In this document: positions 56,913 through 64,000 of the stretch, piece after piece
How positions within the stretch are numbered: the first letter of the stretch is position 1
Layout of the letters: the number at the start of each line of letters is the position of its first letter
The notes under the pieces: generated by a model
What the model was told of the DNA's origin: nothing
What the model saw: the letters and a program-made list of their open reading frames with translations, nothing else
Database searches by the model: none
Program-made: the position numbers and the translations under genes
Source: Macrostomum hystrix
Lineage: Eukaryota > Animalia > Platyhelminthes
NCBI GenBank assembly: GCA_950097015.1
Contig: CATNEN010000039.1
Location: 15,128,001 to 15,192,000 of the forward strand
Direction: 5' to 3'
DNA length: 64,000 nucleotides

Positions 56913-57956
56913 CTAGATCAGCAGCATAAGTCGAATGCTTTTCAGAGCCATCACGCCATTCCCAGCTCCGTACCAAACCATCGCCGTGACATCTGACGCA
57001 GCTGACAGCTTGTAGACTCCATTAGGATTCGACCAGTAACAGTTAAAGAACCACCAGCCGCCGTTGCCGTTATTGCGAGAACACGATCCGCTAGTGACGT
57101 CATTGTCCCGGTCCAAGGTAGAGAACTTCATTCCATTGTGGCTAGCCAGGGAGTCGCTAGTCGTGTTGGAGCTGTTGCTCAGGTACAGGTCGTACTTCAT
57201 GATGTAATTCGTGCTGGCGTTGGCCACAGAGAAGCCCGCGTATTCGCTGACATAAAAGAGACCCGACCACGTGCCTGCTTCGACTCTCAGCTTTCTGGGC
57301 GAGCTGCCCGTCAGCTCGTTGATTGCTTTTAGACCTGAAATTCAATCTCTCATCTCTTATCAATCGACGAAATCTATTTTTTGCAAAAAAATGAAAAAAA
57401 ACTGGACCTATTCAAAGGTGAACTGGACCTATTCAAAGACAATTTGAAACTATTGAAAGCCTTATCTAATCAGAGGAAACATTCAACCTACCTAGCCAAA
57501 AGTCGTAATCATCTCCGAATCCAGACTCATACTCAGGCCAGCTGCGAGCGAAGCTCTGAGTACCCAGCAGTCGCTGCTGAATTATGCGGTAAGTTTCGTT
57601 GCCAACGTTCCTAAATGACTCTGAAACTGTCAGTTGGTAGCTGTGAGTTGTCGGCAATGCTCAAGCAAAAGAATCAAGTCTAGCTCCTAAGACGTGTATA
57701 AAATTGGCCTCACAAAATGGCAAAATCTTCTTCCGATAGACAGGACTACCAGGCGGTACAAAACTAGCGAAGCTCGCAGTCAAAGCGGCCGAGAACAGGC
57801 AGATATTCTTTTGTACGTTGAAGACGGTCGCTGAGCAGCCGGCAGGGTGCAGCTGCAGCTGCTCGCACTTCAGAGCACAGTCCGACTCGCTTCGACCAGA
57901 TGACCAGGTCGGAGCAGGCGCCACGACTGTTGAAGCCATCGGCTCGCTGGAGAATT
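56913..57956 (-). CDS. PAN/apple + FReD protein, copy C (signal exon not located)
   Basis: Exons ~57956-57708 (SESDCALKCEQ..C..CLFS), ~57620-57493 (IIQQRLLG.QSFARSWPEYESGFGDDYDFWLG) and ~57334-56913 (KFSTLDRDND, GGWWFFNC..SNPNG). Confidence 0.85.
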
Positions 57957-58510
57957 CTGCGGCGCGGTTGATTTTAGATTATGGTCAAATGATGTTAACA
58001 TGTGTATGTGCAATAATGTATTCTCCACTTTATACCTGCATCCGCATGCACCATTGTCCATATATTAAACACAATGAATACTACAAGGCACCAATGAGAC
58101 ATTTGTCAGTGTTCAGACAGACAGGGACTCGTGTGACTTCTCAGTTATAGTTTAGCTCTTGTTATATTAGGCTTTACAACTGCTGTATTTATCTGCAGAT
58201 GGTTTAAGCACAAGTGAAGAGACTCATAAGTGAAGTTCAAGACAGGTTTTGTCAAGAGCGCGTCACAATTCTTTGTCAGGAAGCTGAAGAGCATTCGAAG
58301 GGGAGCTTCAATGATCTATTGTGCTTCAAGAAAGTCAAATAAGCCTGTAGAAGAAGTGTCTATAGCCTCCTGGAAGAATTGGAAGCTCCCAATGAGAGAG
58401 AGGCTTTGACTTAGCTGAGTAAGATTTGCATAGCTGCATTCTCCAACATGTCAGTCTTAACAGACTGGAAACTAGAGATTTCCCTAACTTGTGTCACACT
58501 AATTCCCAAA

Positions 58511-59286
58511 GGACCACTAGGAGAAGAAGGACGGGAAACTGCATTTCTTAGAAAAAAATTCTAAGAAACTGCAGTTTTCTAGAAAAATACACTACAACAG
58601 AGATAGGAATCTTTTTTCATAAATTTGAATGCTGACAGCTTTTGATTGGCAGCAGATAAAAAGCTGTTCTTTAGACATAACTCGCCTAACATGTTGATTG
58701 CTCTACCCAATTTTATAAGGTTTTAAACATGAAAATTTGATCCTCATACGTTTTTTTACGAAATACGAGCCTAACCTACAAAAGTCAGAAATTTAATACG
58801 CTACATACTAGTAGAACTATTATTGTGTTCCTCTTTCATATTTTTTAATGAATATAATAGTTTTTTGTATTAGTTATTTTTTTCTTGGCTTTAAAAGGAA
58901 GCAATACCTTTTTATTAAATTAAGTTAATTAGTTTTCTTATACAAAATTAAATACTTCACAAAAGCTTCACTTAGCTAAATGATGAAAATTAATTATGCT
59001 AGTAAAAAACTGCAAGACCATTTTCAGTTATTTGCATCTTTATAAGTAAGGAAAATCGTATGAAGATCTAATTGTAATGTACACAACTTTATAACATTCG
59101 GTGAAGCAACAGGTTAGTAAAGTTACATCAAACGAACAGCTTTGTATCTGCTTCCAGTCAAAAGCTGTCACGAATAAAATCTGAAAATGTGAAAATTTCC
59201 TATCTCAGTAGTGTATTTTCCGCGAAAACCAGCCTTCAATTTTTGTTTATAAGAAATGCAGTTTCCCGTCCTCCTCCTAGTGGTCC
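58511..59286. mobile_element. Non-autonomous DNA transposon (MITE-like) with ~38-bp TIRs
   Basis: ggaccactaggagaagaaggacgggaaactgcatttctta at the left is the inverted copy of taagaaatgcagtttcccgtcctcctcctagtggtcc at the right. The interior is AT-rich and non-coding. The TSD is not clear. Confidence 0.7.
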
Positions 59287-62144
59287 GTGTTAATACCGCC
59301 ATTTACACGTGCCGCATCTTCCGAGAGTAGCGACCGCCGACCGCTCACGGTGTCAATCAAGGGCTTACTTTTGTTCTGATGCGTGACAGGGTCGATATAA
59401 ATAAGAAGTTGTCTTATAATCCTTCCCAGTACATTATCCCGGTTGATAGACACGACTGCACAGCATTAGAGCCTCTGTCCGAATGTTTGAATAGCATGTC
59501 GACATTCTCGTGTTCATCAGAAACTTTTGGTCTTCGCTTGTCTCTCTCTCCTCTCGCCGCCTTGTGATTGGTTCGTCACCGTATTCTCGTAAGCCTATCC
59601 CAACCCGACAATCTTACCGCCAACAGCCACCTAAGATGGAACTCGTATTAGTATCAGGTAATAACAGTAAAACTAACAGTAGAACAATTATTTACTGCAC
59701 CCGAACGGAGCAACGCAAGCACACAAAACTCTAGAACACTGGCCAATTTTTTGTTGCGCATCTTCTGAAGCAAGAATCAAGTCGCCAGCTCTTCAGACCG
59801 TCGAGACATTCAATGTTTCTGGCCGAAAGTGTATTTCATATACCCCTATACACGAATTAGCACTGCGCCTCTGTGCGGCCTTGCCAGGCCTCGAAAACTT
59901 ATCAGCATGTCACACCGGTAAGGCCTGCATCATTTCCGTCTTTGGTGGTCACCAACCTTTTGTAGAGAGTAGTAAAATATGCCATTTGCTTAAAGCGCTA
60001 CTTAAAGTAATATCAAAAGGAAACCCAAGCTATAACTTTTAATCTATTTAAAAAAATGAGTCATGATGACTCATATGCAAACAAAGTCATGTGACTTGAA
60101 GCCGGAAAACTGGTTCTCGACAGCTGTATTGCTCATAATCCTGTGTATAGTAATGCTCACCTTAAAAAACCCAAAAACGCAGCTGAACAAACAAGTTTGA
60201 CCTAGCTGTGCAAACATGTATGCCCTTTGCAAACACCCGGTCCTAATCCGGTTCTCCCCAAAATTTTACTATAAATAAAAAGCAAAAATCCGAGCTGAAA
60301 ATTCAGACTCGGAGCGATCCACCGGACTTCAAAACAGCTTTATGAAGAAGAGGACTCATCTCTGAGGGAAGACAAGTGGTAAGCGCTTTACTAGACAGAG
60401 TTATTCATTGCTAGCAATAGTTGTTGTCTTGTTGAATTGAACTGAGTTTACGAGAGCCACATATCGTCGATACATTTGAGAAAGGCCTCCTTGTTTCCTA
60501 GAATACATTCCTAGAGGAGTATTGATTGATTGATTTGAGTTATCCGTTATCTGTCGGAGGTAACGAAGAAGACGCCCTTCAGGAGGACCTATTAAAGAAG
60601 ACACAAGAGAGATTTCAATTGTTCACCAGGGCGCACGTTTCTATTGTGAATTCCGAGCTCGATGAAACCGACAAGTAATCTGATTCGCTCTCGTCCGTTA
60701 TTGGCCAACAGACAGGATCGACTAGCAGCTGCCAGGAAGACAAGAAGACTACAAAGACTCAAGAAGCAACAGACCCGAAACTTCACGATCCATGCAGAAG
60801 ACTACGAACTACTCACTACCAAGGAAGAAGCAACTGCCGTAAGTGTCACGTGACTGTTATAAACTCCTAGGCAATTGTTCCCCATTGTCTAGAAGTGGTA
60901 GTTTTTGTGTGCCTGATCAACACACAATTCTTCACTTTATCTAAAAATTAGGCGCAGCTCAACCACCGGACACCCTCGCCTAGTCTGTCAACCAATCAGT
61001 CACCAACCAACGCTGTTAGAATTCTGGCACTGCCAAAAAATGTCAGGCGGGAATTCCCCTTTGGAAATGGCCTGGAAGTCCTACTGTTAATGGTATTAAT
61101 GTTCGGGAGTATGTGCCTAAAAGACAGTAGCTTTAGACGTTTACCCAAGATCGGTATCTGTCTGTAGCCAATTTTTCCTATTAGTCCACGGACTGAATTC
61201 TGTGCTAAACACAACTGATTTTAATGTCGGCATTTTTATCAGGAACAATTGCAGTAGGTAGGCAGACGGGCGAGACTGATTGGATCAGATAACTCGCAAG
61301 TTCATTTAGAATTTATTTATTCATAATTAAAAATCAACATAAAGTTGACACAAAATGATTTAAGGATTTAGATTTCAAATTATAGCCAGTATATAGCATG
61401 CAACAGGCATTATTCGGATAAGACAAGCACATTACAAATCCACATTCCTAGATGGTTGAAAAGCAAAATAATCTGGAGGGTCTTAAATTTGAAGCCAAAG
61501 AAAGCAAGCTATTGGGTCTCGGTGGATCATTGACAATGTTTCTAAAATAAATTATGAAAGGGAAAACTGTTTGTTCTACATTATAAATATTAAAATATTA
61601 AAATATTACTAAAATATTATTTACTAAAATAAAAGATCTGAGAAGAGACAAAATTTAACAAAAACATTTTTTCCATAAACAGATATCTCATGCGATTAAC
61701 TCAATTCAGTATAACAAACGATTAAAAACGCTTTTAGGCGCGAATTCAAATTTGGAAATATGTAAGTTTTAACGAAACGTAACAAACAGATTAGCAAGAG
61801 ACTTGCGGCTTCTGGATAGAAATATACTCAACAACACAATGTGGCGAACTCAAGTTTAACCGGTATTGTGTAGCTTCATGCAATCGCAGGTATATCAAAA
61901 TTAAAAAAAGACAACAGTTAAAAAATTGCTATTTTATTTGTTATATTATCTAATTATCTAAAACATACGATGCTAATTGTTCAAAACTGATAATAAGATG
62001 ACGAGGCACTAGACTACAGTAAGCGTGAGCATAGTTACTCACGCTTTCTACCAACTAGAAGCACCAAAACCCACTAATTAGATGACGAGTCAATAACTGC
62101 TAATAACTTAAACATACGAGGTAGTTACGCCCGCCCATTTTCTA

Positions 62145-64000
62145 TTAACGACTCCGCTTTCGATCCTTCGTAGAATTCAGCGCCTCAATAAACTGGTCCA
62201 GCTTCTCTTCGACTAGGCGCATCCGTTGAATGTCCTCGGCTAGTTGAACACTGCGACCGCGTAGAGTCTCGCGCAGCTTAGCAGAATCGTCTGCCCAGGC
62301 GTCTAGGACAGACTTCACAGCCTTCTCCAGTCTGTGAGCCTCGTTGTTGACAATTTGCTGCCTGAGTGCCGAGCTGGTGGCATCCAGCATGCGGCCCACG
62401 CGGTAGAAGAATGGCACGGCTACGCAATCGGCAACTGCGCTGCCCATCCGTTGCTGATAGTGATAATAGAGCTTGGCACACTGGGTGCAAGTGTCTAGAC
62501 CGGAGCGAAGGGCGAACTGTCGGTATACTAGAGGCCAGGCTGACCGAAGCTCTTCGTCTGTGACGCCTTCGACTCCCTGAAAGGGTTTTTTGAGGCTCGA
62601 ATCTACAGCTGCGATCTACCCGCCAACCTACTTTCTCTCTACTATCCAGCCTACTTACAATCTACCCTCCAAGCTACTTCGCTCGATTCATACCGAAAGT
62701 TTTGCTCTACCCCACTTTACGTCTCGCTCTACCCCACGGTAATTTTCGCTCTACACATCTACACCCACCGTAGGTGTCTCTACCCTATCTGAACAAGTTC
62801 CATTAGTAAACAATCAGCCACGCCAGCAAGCCCACCTGAGCCATCAGGTTTCGCCTGACAGCGATGGCGTCCTCGTCCGTCAGCTCCGAGGTGGTTCGTC
62901 GGCCGCCGGCAGCGGAGTAGGCCAGCAAGCAGTTGCGCAGCTCCCCAGAAACCTTCACCAGCCGCTGCTGAGCCTCAGTCCGGCCGCGCCATCGCGTCCA
63001 TCGCTCCCAGGCTCCCGGACCGCAGGCCTTGGCCAGTTCGGTTTCAACTTCGCCTAGGCGACGCTGTAGAACTCGGCGAAGCAAAGCGACTGCGGCGTCC
63101 CAGTCGGTCCGCGTTGGCACGGCGCGTTCGTCAAGGGCCGCAGTCTGCAGCACCCTGAGTGCGCCTTCAGCTTTGGGATCCCAGCGATGGCCTTTGCGAG
63201 CTTCGGCGCGCACCGCAGCCTGCAGCGGCTCCAGCACGGGGTCGTGATCCGGCTGCTGGGGCAGGCCGTCTAGCTGCGAGTACAGCTCCTCCCAGGCGGT
63301 CTGGACGCACTGGCTGGGCAGCTCGCTGTCCGCCCATTTGCGCAACCAAATGTCCAGCCGGGACTGCAGCTCGGCTGCCGAGTTCAAACTGTTGGAATAG
63401 TCGGCAGCGCTGCCTCCGCCGCTGACTGCTGCGATGTCTAGGAGGGCGTCCAGCGCCCGCGGCGTCAGACTGGCCTCTAGACGGGACTGGAGGGAATCCT
63501 CCCAGTGCTGCGAGGAGAGGTGTTTGAAACGCGTTCGGCCCCACTAGTCAGGCAGTGATGCGACTCTCTAATTGGTGAGCAAAAAACTGAGCCCTCTCTA
63601 AAACTATCGTCTGATTGGCTAAAAAGTTTGCAGCTCTCTAATTGGTCAGTCAAAAATCAAGCCATCTGATTGGCTAGCAATGATTCGGCTCTCTAATTGG
63701 TCAGTCAAAAATCAAGCCATCTAATTGGCTAGCAATGATTCGGCTCTCTAATTGGTCAGTCGAAAATCAAGCGATCTGATTGGCTAGCAATGATTCGGCT
63801 CTCTAATTGGTCAGAGTTAAAAAAACCAAGCCCTCTGAGTAAATTGCTAAAAGTCTGTCCTCTACGCTCCATTAACCCTGTAAGAGCCGTCTCACCTTTG
63901 ACGGCAGGGCGCTAAGCGCGATAACCTCATCCAGCAGGTCTGACCGGGCCCGCTCGAATAGCTCGGCGCGCGAGTACTGCCGCCTGCCGGGAAACAGATG
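62145..64000 (-). CDS. OPA1: Dynamin-like mitochondrial GTPase OPA1, last three exons (5' part outside the window)
   Basis: Exons >64000-63896 (LLDEVIAL), 63507-62836 (HWEDSL..DIWLRKWAD..AWEEL..H.WD.KA...LRVLQ..W..W..RT) and 62576-62145 (LRQQI.N.E..RLEK.VK.VL..VQLAED..EKLD.FIEAL). GT-AG junctions, in phase. Confidence 0.93.
63565..63825. repeat. ~55-bp tandem repeat (3-4 copies) in an OPA1 intron
   Basis: Unit ctctctaattggtcagtcaaaaatcaagccatctgattggctagcaatgattcgg. Confidence 0.85.

Noticed and set aside
59480-59530. Possible hammerhead ribozyme on the minus strand (ctgatga..cgaca)
   Set aside because: The GAAA core is absent and I could not find convincing stems I and III.
59300-61250. 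Short ORFs, including a signal-peptide-like 64-aa ORF at 60592-60786
   Set aside because: No recognisable motif or splice structure. Possibly decayed transposon sequence, but I cannot support a call.

Overview
This is repeat-rich, intron-containing animal genomic DNA. Its style (CAG-rich exons, many minisatellites, tRNA-SINEs) resembles the flatworm Macrostomum, which is an inference only. Host genes are a multi-exon TTLL6/13-type tubulin polyglutamylase (- strand, ~2.5-16.4 kb), a disrupted prolyl 4-hydroxylase alpha gene, three tandem PAN/apple + fibrinogen-domain genes, and the 3' end of OPA1. Mobile DNA includes a mariner fragment, a young full-length Ty3/Gypsy element (17264-25799) with a -1 frameshift signal and an extra non-env ORF3, a non-autonomous Helitron with a nested hAT MITE, SINEs and a LINE fragment. 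The centrepiece is a complete 15.3-kb Polinton/Maverick endogenous virus (29996-45309) with 421-bp TIRs and a 6-bp TSD, inserted in a P4HA exon. It encodes integrase, minor and major capsid proteins, protease, packaging ATPase and protein-primed PolB. It also encodes a divergent TATA-binding protein and a PC4-like protein, a candidate virus-borne Pol II initiation module. Its PolB gene appears to carry a spliceosomal intron. All homology calls come from recognising motifs by eye; no database search was run.
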